64,000 nt of DNA from an uncultured Pelagibacteraceae bacterium (lineage in GTDB: Bacteria; Pseudomonadota; Alphaproteobacteria; Pelagibacterales; Pelagibacteraceae). This document shows positions 40,297-50,436 of the stretch, piece after piece. The notes under the pieces were generated by a model. That model saw only the letters and a program-made list of their open reading frames with translations. It was not told the DNA's origin and did not search any database. Location of the stretch: assembly GCA_902535255.1 (NCBI GenBank), contig CACASQ010000003.1, forward strand, positions 5,102 to 69,101, written 5' to 3'. The first letter of the stretch is position 1; every line of letters starts with the position of its first letter. Made by a program: the position numbers and the translations under genes.

Positions 40297-42001
40297 TTTT
40301 TTTCTGTTTATGTCGAATAATTTTAAACTTTAAATTACTTTGCTTTATCTGACTTATCAAGTTTGTAAAATTTTTCAAATCTTTAATTTGTAAATCAAAA
40401 GAAAATGTTAAATAGTCCTTTTTTCGTTTAATAATTTCTAAATTAATTATATTTCCTTTATTAAGGCCAATTAAAGAGGTTATGTGACCTAATACACCCG
40501 GTTTATGGGGCAAATCAACTTCAATTGTACTTGTGTAATTTTTTTCAGCTACTTTGAGATTTTCAGTTGATTTATCTTGCCAATATCTTCTTATAGCAGA
40601 ACGAGCTTTTCCAGTGGCAGAAGATGAAAGCCAATGTAATGAGGGAGAGGAATTTTTTGATGTTTCAATATTTACCAAATCTCCATTTTTTAAAATTGTT
40701 TGAAGTGTAGCGTGACTACCGTTTATAGAACACCCTGTAGCACTGTTTCCAATTTTGGTATGTACAGCATAAGCAAAATCAATAGGCGTAGCATTTTTTG
40801 GTAATTTTATTACTGAGCCTTTAGGTGTAAAACAAAAAACATTTTCTTGGAACATTTGAAGTTTCGTAAATTCATAATAATGTTCTGGACTTGTGCCTGC
40901 CTCAATAATTTCAACAAGATCACGCAACCAGTCATATTCTTTCCAAGAAAGTTCAGAAAATTTCTCTGAAGATTTATATTTCCAGTGAGAGGCTATACCT
41001 CTTTGAGCAAATTCATGCATTTCATTTGTTCGAATTTGTATTTCTATTCTATTTTTTTTAGGTCCTATAACAGCAGTATGTATTGATTTGTAATTATTTA
41101 TTTTTGGCGTTGAAATATAGTCTTTAAATTTACCGGGAATTGTTGAGAATTTACTATGGAAAATTCCTAATGTTTTATAACAATCTTCAATACTTTTAAC
41201 TATAACTCTAAAACCCATGATGTCTGTCAACTGCTCAAGAGAAATTTTTTTATTTTGTATTTTTCTCCATATTGAAAAAGGTGTTTTCTCTCTTCCAGTA
41301 ATTGTAGCAGTGATACCATTATTTTTCAAAAGTTCAATAAGATCGAAAGAAATTGATTTGAATGTATCATCTCTGTTATTTTTGATAAAATTTAACCTTT
41401 GCAAAATTAAATCTCTTGCTGGTTTATTTAATACAGAAAAAGATAGATCTTCCAGCTCATCTCTGATCCTGTTCATTCCCATTCTATCTGCTAAGGGTGC
41501 ATAAATTTCCATTGTCTCTTTTGCTTTTCTTATGATTTTTTCTTTGTCTTTAACAAATCCTATGGTTCTCATATTGTGCAATCTGTCCGCAAGCTTTACT
41601 AATAAAACTCTTATATCTTTAGAAGTTGCTAAAATTAATTTTCTAAAATTTTCAGCCTTAGAATCACTTGATGCTTTATCTTCTAGTGCTGAAATTTTTG
41701 TCACTCCTTCAACAAGATTTGCAACCTCTTCACCAAATTCTTTTTTTACTGTCTCGTAAGTGACATTTGTATCTTCTATCGTATCATGTAATAAGCCAGT
41801 AGTAATAGTAGCACTATCCAACTTTAATTCTGTTAATATTTTAGCGACTGCTACAGGATGGATTATATAAGGTACCCCTTCTTCTCTTTTTTGATGTTGA
41901 TGGGCTTCTAAAGCAAAATTGTAAGCCTTATTTAACGACTCAGAATTTAAAAACTTGTTATATGACTTAATCTGATCAATTAATTCATTATTGTTAATCA
42001 T
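40253..42001 (-). CDS. spoT: Bifunctional (p)ppGpp synthetase/hydrolase Rel/SpoT, shortened C-terminal region
   Basis: HD (LLHDTIED), KLADRLHNMRT, synthetase KDYI/YKSIHT/EIQIRT, TGS (TPIDFAYAVHT), C-terminal ACT. Confidence 0.93.
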   Translation of the reverse strand: MINNNELIDQIKSYNKFLNSESLNKAYNFALEAHQHQKREEGVPYIIHPVAVAKILTELKLDSATITTGLLHDTIEDTNVTYETVKKEFGEEVANLVEGVTKISALEDKASSDSKAENFRKLILATSKDIRVLLVKLADRLHNMRTIGFVKDKEKIIRKAKETMEIYAPLADRMGMNRIRDELEDLSFSVLNKPARDLILQRLNFIKNNRDDTFKSISFDLIELLKNNGITATITGREKTPFSIWRKIQNKKISLEQLTDIMGFRVIVKSIEDCYKTLGIFHSKFSTIPGKFKDYISTPKINNYKSIHTAVIGPKKNRIEIQIRTNEMHEFAQRGIASHWKYKSSEKFSELSWKEYDWLRDLVEIIEAGTSPEHYYEFTKLQMFQENVFCFTPKGSVIKLPKNATPIDFAYAVHTKIGNSATGCSINGSHATLQTILKNGDLVNIETSKNSSPSLHWLSSSATGKARSAIRRYWQDKSTENLKVAEKNYTSTIEVDLPHKPGVLGHITSLIGLNKGNIINLEIIKRKKDYLTFSFDLQIKDLKNFTNLISQIKQSNLKFKIIRHKQKKNAFIRRIFENFKRD

Positions 42002-42513
42002 AAGTCAATGTTAACATTTTTCCTCAATCTTGTAATCTCTATCCTAGATTTTTGACTTAATTTATTTATCAAAAATTGGGCATTTTTCTTTAATATAGGA
42101 TGTGACCATTTATGATCAATTTCTAAAATAGGAAATAAAACGAAATTTCTTAAATGTGATCTAGGATGAGGCAATTTAAAAATATTAGATTTTAAAACTA
42201 ATCCGTTAAAATCAATAATATCAATATCTATTATTCTAGGATAATTCTTATTAGTTTTTACTCTACCAATTTTTTTTTCTATTAAATTAATTATTTTAAA
42301 AAGTTTTGGGTAATTATGTTCACAAGTAGCTAGAATGCCAATATTTACAAATTTAGGAAAATTTTTATTAGGATAGGATGGTGTTTCATAAAAATTTGAA
42401 ATTTTTTTAATTTCAATTTTTGAATCTTTTAAAAGATTAGTTGCAATTACAATGTTATCAAATCTGTTTCCATGATTTGAATTTAAATTTGAACCAATAT
42501 TAAAATGTATCAT
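41998..42513 (-). CDS. folK: 2-amino-4-hydroxy-6-hydroxymethyldihydropteridine diphosphokinase
   Basis: [28 protein letters not shown]. Confidence 0.93.
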   Translation of the reverse strand: MIHFNIGSNLNSNHGNRFDNIVIATNLLKDSKIEIKKISNFYETPSYPNKNFPKFVNIGILATCEHNYPKLFKIINLIEKKIGRVKTNKNYPRIIDIDIIDFNGLVLKSNIFKLPHPRSHLRNFVLFPILEIDHKWSHPILKKNAQFLINKLSQKSRIEITRLRKNVNIDL

Positions 42514-42983
42514 TTATTATTTTTACTCAATAATCTAGCTTTTTCTCTATTCCAATCTTTAGTTTTTTTAACCTGTCTTTTATCATAAAGTTTTTTTCCT
42601 TTAGCAACAGCAATTTCTACTTTTACCTTTCCTTTCACGAAATACATTTTAGTTGGAATTATAGTTAATCCTTCTTGATTAATTCTCCCAATTAATTTGT
42701 TAATTTCTTTTTTTTTTAAGAGAAGTTTCCTATCACCTTTTGGATTATGATTGTTATATGATGATTGTCTGTAAAGAGGTATGTGTGAATTAATTAAAAA
42801 TATCTCTCCATTATTGTCTAATGCATATGAATCAGCAATACTCCCTTTGCCATCTCGTAGAGATTTTACTTCAGAACCTTTTAGTGCTATTCCGGCTTCT
42901 AAAGTTTCTAATAAAAAGTAATTAAAACTTGCTTTTCTATTTAAACAAATTATTTTTCTTCCTAGAACTAAATTTTGCTTCAT
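42510..42983 (-). CDS. smpB: SsrA-binding protein SmpB
   Basis: [36 protein letters not shown]. Confidence 0.96.
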   Translation of the reverse strand: MKQNLVLGRKIICLNRKASFNYFLLETLEAGIALKGSEVKSLRDGKGSIADSYALDNNGEIFLINSHIPLYRQSSYNNHNPKGDRKLLLKKKEINKLIGRINQEGLTIIPTKMYFVKGKVKVEIAVAKGKKLYDKRQVKKTKDWNREKARLLSKNNK

Positions 42984-43852
42984 TAAAGTAATTTTGCTAC
43001 TTTAAGTGCTGCTGAAACCTTTTTTTTGGTTTCTTCCCTTATCTCTACTAATGGTAATCTCACAGAAGGATTGCACATGCCTAATAATGATGCTGCATAT
43101 TTAACTGGTGATGGATTGCTCTCTATAAATAATGCCGAATGTAATGGTTGTAATAGCTTGTCTAGTTTTTCTGCATCTTCTGTGTTTTGTTTACAAGCTT
43201 TTTGAAAATCGGAGGACATTTTCGCTGCTATATTTGCTGTAACACCAATTGCTCCTACTCCCCCCCTTTTATTAAATTCAAAAGCATTATCATCGTTTCC
43301 AGTTAGTTGAATAAAATCTTTACCCATTGCTTTGAGTTGTTGATCTACTCTATTTAAGTCACCAGTAGCATCTTTTACACCGGTAATATTTTTAAGTTCA
43401 TACAATTTAGACATTGTTTCAACTGACATGTCTATTACTGATCTAGATGGTATATTGTAAATTATAATTGGGATACCGACGCTGTCATTTATTTTTTTGT
43501 AATGTTGATATAAGCCTTCTTGAGTGGGTTTATTATAATATGGTGTAACTACTAACAATGCATCAGAACCAGCTTTCTCAGCAAATTTTGATAATTCAAC
43601 GGCTTCATCTGTCGAATTTGATCCTGTTCCAGCTATCACAGGTATTTTACCTTTACATTGACTAACAGCTATTTCTATTATTTTCTTGTGTTCACTATGA
43701 GATATAGTTGGAGATTCGCCGGTAGTACCGCCTGGGACTACTCCATTGGTGCCATTATTTAGGTGATAATCAATTAATTTTCTGTATGTATTTTCATCAA
43801 GATTATCATCTTTGAATGGGGTTATTAATGCAACAATTGATCCTTTAAGCAT
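42983..43852 (-). CDS. dapA: 4-hydroxy-tetrahydrodipicolinate synthase
   Basis: Start corrected to [13 protein letters not shown]; GTTGES, TPYYNKP, YNIPSR, GVKDATG, SNPSPVK. Confidence 0.96.
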   Translation of the reverse strand: MLKGSIVALITPFKDDNLDENTYRKLIDYHLNNGTNGVVPGGTTGESPTISHSEHKKIIEIAVSQCKGKIPVIAGTGSNSTDEAVELSKFAEKAGSDALLVVTPYYNKPTQEGLYQHYKKINDSVGIPIIIYNIPSRSVIDMSVETMSKLYELKNITGVKDATGDLNRVDQQLKAMGKDFIQLTGNDDNAFEFNKRGGVGAIGVTANIAAKMSSDFQKACKQNTEDAEKLDKLLQPLHSALFIESNPSPVKYAASLLGMCNPSVRLPLVEIREETKKKVSAALKVAKLL

Positions 43853-43883
43853 AAAACAATATAAGGTAGATACCCTTAAACTT

Positions 43884-46139
43884 ATGCTTAATAGATTAAT
43901 TAGTCTAGTATTTTTATTATCATTTTTGAAAATTAGTATCGCATACTCTGAAACAGACTTCTTATTACCGAAGGAAAAACCATCAATTTTCAAAAAGTCT
44001 GAAAAACAAATCCAAGAAAGTATTAATAAAAATTTACCCGTACCAAAGCCATCATTAAACAAAAAGGTTGAGGTAAAACCTTCTATAATTGAACAAAAGA
44101 AAGAACCAACTCAAAAGAAAGAAATAAAAACGGAGCCTGAAAAAGAGATTAAAAAACAAGTATTATCATCATTTATATACCCTCAAAAAAAACCTATTAC
44201 ATATAAAGTATCCACAAAAGAAGTAGAAAATTCTAAAATTCTCAATAGAAAAGATTTTGAGAGGGCTAAAGAAACTATCAATTTTATAAAACAAAAAAAA
44301 TGGAATAGTGCTCTAAAAAGCGCTCAGAATGTAAAAGATAGTGAATTCAGAAAATTAATTACTTGGATGCATCTTAAAACTACAAGAAATGGGGCATCAT
44401 TTAATGAGTATAAAAAATTTATTGAACAAAATGATTATTATCCTAGAATTAATAGAATAAGATATTTAGCTGAAGAGAAAATATATTTAAGAAATAATTC
44501 GCCCACATCAATAATTAATTGGTTTGAAAAGTACCCTCCATTAGGTGGTATGGGTAAAATTAAATTAGCTGAAGCCTATCTAGAACAAGGAAAATTCGAA
44601 AAAGTAAAAGAATTAGTAAAAGAAGGATGGGTTACTGCTGAAATAAGAAAAAATGATTTAGGTTATTATAGAGCTAAGTTTAAAAAATTTATCTCATCAG
44701 ATGATCATATTAAAAGAGCTGATTATTTAGCGTGGGAGAGAAAATATTGGGATTTAAAAAGAATGCTTAAGTATTTACCGACAGATCAAAGAGCTCTTTA
44801 CAATGCAAGGCAAATTTTAATGAGTAACTCTTATGGCGTAGATAATGCAATAGCAAAAGTTCCGCAATATTTAAAAAAAGATCCCGGTTTAGAATTCGAT
44901 AGATTGAGATGGAGGAACCGACGAGGACGATTAGACGGATCATTAGAAATTTTATATCAAAACGCAAATAAAACTGAGAAACAAATGGTAAGGCCAGATA
45001 AGTGGTGGGAACAGAGAGAGAGTGTTACGAGGAGTTTGATTTATAAAAAAAGATATAAGACAGCATATAAAATTGCTAGTGAACATTCGCTATCGTCTGG
45101 TCCTTCGTTTGCTGAGGCTGAGTGGTTATCTGGTTGGATAGCTCTAACTTTTTTAAAATCACCTGAATATGCAATTAGTCATTTTCAAAATTTTTATAAT
45201 AATGTCGGATATCCAATTAGTTTAGCTAGAGGAGCATATTGGCTAGGAGAGTCATATGAAAAATTAAATGAAAAAGAAACTGCGAATAATTTTTTTTCAG
45301 AGGCAGCAAAATTTCCAATGACTTATTATGGGCAACTTGCTTTCAATAAGGTAAATCCCGGTGGGAATTTTGAACTTAAAGATGAAAGTAATTTTGATAA
45401 AGATTATGAAAAAGAGTTTAAAAAAAGTAAACTTATTAAACACGTTATTTTACTACATGAACTTGATGCAAGCCAATATGCTAAAGATATTCTCAAACAT
45501 TTGGCTGAACTCAATATTGAGAAAGGTAGCGAAGTTTTAGCAGCAGAATTATCTACATCTGTTGAAAGATACGACTTTGCAATTCAAATATCAAAAAAAG
45601 CATCCTATGAAAAAAGATTTTTGAATAAATATAATTATCCAGTTATTGCTACTCCGAAAATTGTAAATAATAAACAGATGCCTAAACAAGAAATTGTTCT
45701 TGCAATAATAAGACAAGAAAGTGAATTTGACAGGAAAGCAAATAGTTGGGCTGGAGCTAGAGGTATGATGCAGTTAATGAAGTACACTGCTAAGATTGTG
45801 GCTAAACAGGCAAAACTACCTTACAGCATTAGTCGACTAACAACTGATCCAGAATATAACATTAAACTTGGTTCATATTATTTTAATGGATTGCTTAATG
45901 ATTATAATGGGGTTTTCCCGTTTGCTATTGCCGCGTACAACGCAGGTCCAAATAGAGTAAAAACTTGGAGAAGAGTAAATGGAGATCCATCTAAGGGTCA
46001 AATTTCTTATATTAATTGGGTTGAACAAATAAGATTTGAAGAAACTAGGAATTACGTTCAACGAGTTCTAGAAAACATTAATGTTTACAAATATATTTTA
46101 AGAAAAGAACCAGTACAAATAGATAGTTATTTTAACTAA
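43884..46139 (+). CDS. Soluble lytic murein transglycosylase (Slt70-like)
   Basis: Start corrected to MLNRLIS (signal peptide); IIRQESEF, GARGMMQL, AAYNAG, ETRNYV. Confidence 0.92.
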   Translation: MLNRLISLVFLLSFLKISIAYSETDFLLPKEKPSIFKKSEKQIQESINKNLPVPKPSLNKKVEVKPSIIEQKKEPTQKKEIKTEPEKEIKKQVLSSFIYPQKKPITYKVSTKEVENSKILNRKDFERAKETINFIKQKKWNSALKSAQNVKDSEFRKLITWMHLKTTRNGASFNEYKKFIEQNDYYPRINRIRYLAEEKIYLRNNSPTSIINWFEKYPPLGGMGKIKLAEAYLEQGKFEKVKELVKEGWVTAEIRKNDLGYYRAKFKKFISSDDHIKRADYLAWERKYWDLKRMLKYLPTDQRALYNARQILMSNSYGVDNAIAKVPQYLKKDPGLEFDRLRWRNRRGRLDGSLEILYQNANKTEKQMVRPDKWWEQRESVTRSLIYKKRYKTAYKIASEHSLSSGPSFAEAEWLSGWIALTFLKSPEYAISHFQNFYNNVGYPISLARGAYWLGESYEKLNEKETANNFFSEAAKFPMTYYGQLAFNKVNPGGNFELKDESNFDKDYEKEFKKSKLIKHVILLHELDASQYAKDILKHLAELNIEKGSEVLAAELSTSVERYDFAIQISKKASYEKRFLNKYNYPVIATPKIVNNKQMPKQEIVLAIIRQESEFDRKANSWAGARGMMQLMKYTAKIVAKQAKLPYSISRLTTDPEYNIKLGSYYFNGLLNDYNGVFPFAIAAYNAGPNRVKTWRRVNGDPSKGQISYINWVEQIRFEETRNYVQRVLENINVYKYILRKEPVQIDSYFN

Positions 46140-46140
46140 T

Positions 46141-46235
46141 TGGCGGTGAGAGAGGGATTCGAACCCTCGGTAGCATAGTTAAATACTACGGAAGTTTAGC
46201 AAACTCCTGGTTTAAACCAACTCACCCATCTCACC
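46141..46235 (-). tRNA. tRNA-Ser(GCT)
   Basis: Acceptor GGTGAGA/TCTCACC plus GCCA; anticodon arm GGAGT-TTGCTAA-ACTTC; long variable arm; T arm GAGGG-TTCGAAT-CCCTC. Confidence 0.95.
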
Positions 46236-46290
46236 ATAACCTTTACGTATCTTTATAAAGAAAATTAACTTATATTGCACCAACTTTGTA

Positions 46291-47163
46291 ATGCAACAAA
46301 AACAATTATCAGGAATTTTTTATGCTACTTTTGCATCTCTTTGGTGGGGTGTTGTTGGAACAATTTTTTTCAAATTTGTATCTTTTGCATCATTTATTGA
46401 ATTAACTGTTCACAGAACTATTTGGACTGCAGTTCTTTTAATTCTAACAACAAGTTTTTATAAAAAATGGCCAGAATTTGTTGAAATTTTTAAAAAGAAA
46501 AAAAATCAATTATTACTTTTTATATCAGGTTTATTGGTAAGTATAAATTGGGGAACCTGGCTTTATGCCGTCAGTGTAAATAGATTATTAGACTCAAGTC
46601 TAGGATATTATATCTATCCAATAATAAGTGTTTTTTTAGGAAGTGTATTTTTGAAAGAAAAACTTAATAAAAATCAATTTATAGCTGTAATGCTAGTTGT
46701 AATTTCCTTATTTTACTTTTTACTAAAGTTAGGTGAATTACCGTGGATTGGTTTAACAGTTGCAATAACTTTTAGTATTTATGGATTAATAAGAAAAAAA
46801 ATTAAAGTCTCATCAGATATAGGCCTACTAATTGAAACATTGCTAATTTCTCCAATAGCAATTGCGCTATTTATTTATCTAATAAATTTAAATCAAAATG
46901 TCTTTTCATATGCTGAACCCCTTTTATCTTTTTATTTATTTTGGTCTGGATTTATGACTTTGGTGCCTCTCTTCTTATATACGTTAGGTTTTAAAATAAT
47001 TGGAATCGGTCCAGCTAGCATGATTTTATTTTTAACTCCAACATCTCAATTTCTTTTGGGAATAACTTATTTTGACGAAATTTTAACCTTAGAAAAATTT
47101 TTTGGTTTCCTGATAATTTGGATAGCTGTGTTTATTTATCTTAATGAATTACGTAAAGAGTAA
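46291..47163 (+). CDS. rarD: EamA/DMT family transporter RarD
   Basis: SLGYYIYP, FLKEKL, LPWIGL...TFSIYGLIRKK, ETLL. Confidence 0.85.
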   Translation: MQQKQLSGIFYATFASLWWGVVGTIFFKFVSFASFIELTVHRTIWTAVLLILTTSFYKKWPEFVEIFKKKKNQLLLFISGLLVSINWGTWLYAVSVNRLLDSSLGYYIYPIISVFLGSVFLKEKLNKNQFIAVMLVVISLFYFLLKLGELPWIGLTVAITFSIYGLIRKKIKVSSDIGLLIETLLISPIAIALFIYLINLNQNVFSYAEPLLSFYLFWSGFMTLVPLFLYTLGFKIIGIGPASMILFLTPTSQFLLGITYFDEILTLEKFFGFLIIWIAVFIYLNELRKE

Positions 47164-48590
47164 ATTGTAATTATTACAAGTGGGACAATTATGGCTACAA
47201 CAAATGAAATAAATAGTAAGTTTGATAAGATAATCGGGCTAAAATTATCTGCAGACATAATATTACCTACTAACAAACTTGATTGAAAATTCTGACTTGG
47301 AAAAAATAATAGCCCTGAACTTAAACCTAGAATTATTGATATTAAAGATAATCTTTTGTTAATGTCTTTCTTAAAAAAACCGTAGAATACCGTAACAACA
47401 GCTGCACAACAAAGGAGATCTGCAAATAAAAATAAATATAAGATACTATAGCCTTTAGAAGATAAAACAAAAACAATCACACATATTAATAAAATTAATT
47501 TATTGCTTTTATTTTTTATTTCTCTACCACTTAAAAATTTATTAATTTCATTTCCATTAATAATTATAATGCTTGAAATAGCATTTATTAATGTATCGAT
47601 CGTGCTTAAAGTTAAAGCTAGAGCTAAAACTAAAATAGAAACAATTATTAAAACATCATCATTTAATAACATTAATTTAAAAAAAGCTAAATCAGGTATT
47701 ATTTTAGAGTCGATTGAAAAGGATATTAGACCTGTGTAACCCATCCATAAAACAATCAAAAAAGAAATAATTGATGAATAAATTAAACTTTTTTTTAGAA
47801 TAAGGTTATTTTTTGCAGAAAATACACGTTGCCAATTACCCTGATGAAATAAATTTGTTGCAGCTACAGCAATAAAAAATGTCAGACCAGCAGTGTAATT
47901 TGGGATATAATTTTTACTTACTAGTTTTGTAGAATTTTTTTTGATTAACTCATAACTATTTATTTCTAAATTTCCTAAAATTAAAAATATAGAAAATAAT
48001 ATTATGCCTAAGACTATTAAAAATTGATATTTATCTGTGATAATTGAAAGCTTAAATCCACCTCTTAATATATATAAAAGACATATGATTAAAGTTAGTC
48101 CAGATGTCATCCATAAAGGTGTTTTTGAGATTAAATTTAATAAAAAAGCTATTGCTGTGACTTCGGCTATTAAGAAAATTGTTAAATAAAATAAAATTAA
48201 AATTAGTATTATCTTTAAAATTCTAGTCCCAAATCTTCTTTTTACTAATTCAGTTAAAGACATCCCGTTAGGAAATTCTCTCCTTATTTTTGGTCCAAAA
48301 TTTAATAAAAATAACATAGGTGCAGCCGTGCCTAACGCATATCCAATTACTGCCCCTATTCCTCCCCAAGTAGCTGCTGAAGCAGGGCCAAATAATATCC
48401 AAGCTCCTAAGGCAGATGCTGATAAACTTGTTGTTAATGAAAAAACACTCTCGTTTCTGTCACCAACTATGTGACTTTTTTTATTTTCTGAAATTTTTTT
48501 TAAATTTATATAACCTAGAGCGATAAAAAATCCTCCTACCGCTAGAGTAATAATTAATGTTGTTTGTGTTGATAAGTATATATCTTTCAT
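47136..48590 (-). CDS. thiV: Sodium:solute symporter under a TPP riboswitch, ThiV-like thiamin-precursor (HMP) transporter
   Basis: Multi-TM SSS-like protein (GAWILFGP, HQGNWQR, STID) with a TPP aptamer directly upstream. Confidence 0.72.
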   Translation of the reverse strand: MKDIYLSTQTTLIITLAVGGFFIALGYINLKKISENKKSHIVGDRNESVFSLTTSLSASALGAWILFGPASAATWGGIGAVIGYALGTAAPMLFLLNFGPKIRREFPNGMSLTELVKRRFGTRILKIILILILFYLTIFLIAEVTAIAFLLNLISKTPLWMTSGLTLIICLLYILRGGFKLSIITDKYQFLIVLGIILFSIFLILGNLEINSYELIKKNSTKLVSKNYIPNYTAGLTFFIAVAATNLFHQGNWQRVFSAKNNLILKKSLIYSSIISFLIVLWMGYTGLISFSIDSKIIPDLAFFKLMLLNDDVLIIVSILVLALALTLSTIDTLINAISSIIIINGNEINKFLSGREIKNKSNKLILLICVIVFVLSSKGYSILYLFLFADLLCCAAVVTVFYGFFKKDINKRLSLISIILGLSSGLLFFPSQNFQSSLLVGNIMSADNFSPIILSNLLFISFVVAIIVPLVIITIYSLRNSLR

Positions 48591-48592
48591 TT

Positions 48593-48656
48593 ATCCCTCA
48601 CTGAATTACCGGTCAGGTTCTGTGGGTATGATCTCAGTCCTTATGACACCCCTTAT
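48593..48656 (-). ncRNA. TPP riboswitch (compact)
   Basis: Minus strand GGGGTGTC-ATAAG-GAC-TGAGA-TC-ATACCC-ACA-GAACCTGA-CCGG-TAAT-TCAG-TG-AGGGA, then TAA-ATG. Conserved UGAGA, ACCUGA, UAAU and AGGGA. Confidence 0.88.
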
Positions 48657-48660
48657 ACAA

Positions 48661-48690
48661 ATTATATATTTATTTTAGGCAAGAAGTCAA
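48661..48690 (-). promoter_or_regulatory. Putative sigma70 promoter for the riboswitch-symporter transcript, embedded in the 3' end of umuC
   Basis: TTGACT-N18-TATAAT; the -10 box contains the umuC TAA stop. Confidence 0.6.
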
Positions 48691-49939
48691 ATGAAGCTGT
48701 ATCTATTCTAGATGAGTGTTCTCTTCTCATTTTCCAATCATTACTTATGCCAGCTTGAGCTATACTGATTGCGTTTCGACCATATTTTACATTAGTAAAA
48801 TCAATTGCTCTCATTAATGATTTAGATTTGCTCTCTAAAATTGGTGCTAATAAATTTAGCTCTTTTTCAGAAGCATCTCTAAGCTTCGATAAAATGACTC
48901 CAGCTTTTTGGTAGAAATAACCGTATTTATAAATCTTTTCCAGTCCACTAATCGCAGTTTTTACAAGTTCAATGCTGTTATTAGTCGCCACTGGCAATTC
49001 AATAGTAATAGAATTTGAATAGTATTTTCTATTTTTATCAAATGGACTTGTTCTTATAAATACAGTGACAGCTCTCGTAGTTTGTTTATCTGTTCTTATT
49101 TTTTCTGCCGCATTTAAACAATGAGTAGTTATAGACTCTTTTAATTTATCTAAACTCTCAACTTTTTTTCCAAACGATCTTGATACACAACAGCTTTTTC
49201 TTTTTGTTTCCTCGGTTTCTAAATCTATACAAGGAATTCCTCTTAACTCCATTACTGTTTTTGCACCTAAAACATTAGTACTTTTCTTAACCCATGTGTT
49301 TGAAATATTTTTTAGTTTATAAGCATTGTCTATTCCATTTTTAATATATAGCTTTGATAACTGTCTTCCAACTCCCCATACATCTGTAATATCAAAATCT
49401 TTTAGTATATTATCAATATTTTCTTTTAGAAATATCACTCCTGCTTTATTTTTTTTGGCAATATGATTTGCAACTTTGCTTAAAGTTTTTGTATTTGAAA
49501 TTCCTACACTTGTTGGTATTCCTGTCCATTTTAAAACTCTTTCTCTTATTTGTTTTCCATATTCTTCAACTTGTTCATTTTTAATATGCGATAAATCTAA
49601 AAATGCTTCGTCTATAGAGTAGATTTCAATTTTATCAGTGAAACCTTTTAAAACTTTCATCACTCGTCTAGAAAGGTCTCCATATAATGCATAGTTTGAA
49701 GAAAATATCTGAACGTTGTTCTTTTTAACTAAATCTTTAACTTTAAAATATGGTTCTCCCATTCTTATTCCAAGTTTTTTTGCTTCAGTAGATCTTGATA
49801 TCACGCATCCATCATTATTAGATAACACTACGACTGGTACATTTTGTATTTTAGGATTAAATAATCTTTCGCAAGAAACATAAAATGAATTACAGTCAAT
49901 TAATGCAACTTTTTTTCTACTGCTGTTTGTGTATGACAT
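48662..49939 (-). CDS. umuC: Y-family translesion DNA polymerase V catalytic subunit
   Basis: [46 protein letters not shown]. Confidence 0.94.
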   Translation of the reverse strand: MSYTNSSRKKVALIDCNSFYVSCERLFNPKIQNVPVVVLSNNDGCVISRSTEAKKLGIRMGEPYFKVKDLVKKNNVQIFSSNYALYGDLSRRVMKVLKGFTDKIEIYSIDEAFLDLSHIKNEQVEEYGKQIRERVLKWTGIPTSVGISNTKTLSKVANHIAKKNKAGVIFLKENIDNILKDFDITDVWGVGRQLSKLYIKNGIDNAYKLKNISNTWVKKSTNVLGAKTVMELRGIPCIDLETEETKRKSCCVSRSFGKKVESLDKLKESITTHCLNAAEKIRTDKQTTRAVTVFIRTSPFDKNRKYYSNSITIELPVATNNSIELVKTAISGLEKIYKYGYFYQKAGVILSKLRDASEKELNLLAPILESKSKSLMRAIDFTNVKYGRNAISIAQAGISNDWKMRREHSSRIDTASFDFLPKINI

Positions 49940-50312
49940 ATGTTACTACTCCCCAAATTATTATTTCTGGATTATCTGTTAAATTAATTCGATCTGATGT
50001 GTTTTTTGACCCTGATGTTAGGTAGTTGCTACCCTTACTTTTAATCAGAGTTTTAACCACAAGTTCTTCGTTGATATTTGCTATAACAGTGGAGAAATTT
50101 TTTGGATTTAAGCTTTTGTCTACTATTAATAGATCTCCATCATATATACCGACATTAGTCATAGATTTACCCTGCACTCTTATAATGAAAGTAGCTGGCG
50201 CATTTGTTATTAGATGAGAGTTTAAATCTATATCATCTTCAATGTAATCGGTTGCTGGAGAAGGAAAGCCAGCTCCTACTTTGTGTAAATAATAAGGTAT
50301 TGTTAGCTTCAT
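49917..50312 (-). CDS. umuD: DNA polymerase V accessory subunit UmuD (S24 peptidase)
   Basis: VGAGFPSPA cleavage region, GKSM (Ser), VVK (Lys). Confidence 0.93.
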   Translation of the reverse strand: MKLTIPYYLHKVGAGFPSPATDYIEDDIDLNSHLITNAPATFIIRVQGKSMTNVGIYDGDLLIVDKSLNPKNFSTVIANINEELVVKTLIKSKGSNYLTSGSKNTSDRINLTDNPEIIIWGVVTYVIHKQQ

Positions 50313-50316
50313 AAAT

Positions 50317-50361
50317 GTTCTTGTTTTGTTCTTTATAGCTGATAAAATACCAACCAGTCAA
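50317..50361 (-). promoter_or_regulatory. umuDC promoter with an alphaproteobacterial LexA box
   Basis: TTGACT(50361-50356)-N18-TATAAA(50337-50332), immediately followed by GAAC-N7-GAAC (50331-50317), 4 nt before the ATG. Confidence 0.85.
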
Positions 50362-50436
50362 CCCTTTTAATTTAGATTATTAAAGTGGGTCAAATTGCAA
50401 ATCGAAATAAGGGAGAAGTTTAGCTATTAACATCAT

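Noticed and set aside
43812-44062. Apparent 250-nt head-to-head overlap of dapA and slt
   Set aside because: Artefact of longest-ORF starts; motif-based starts are 43852 and 43884
46141-46235. tRNA-Ser as an island integration site
   Set aside because: Its 3' flank is the core slt-dapA region, with no integrase or direct repeat
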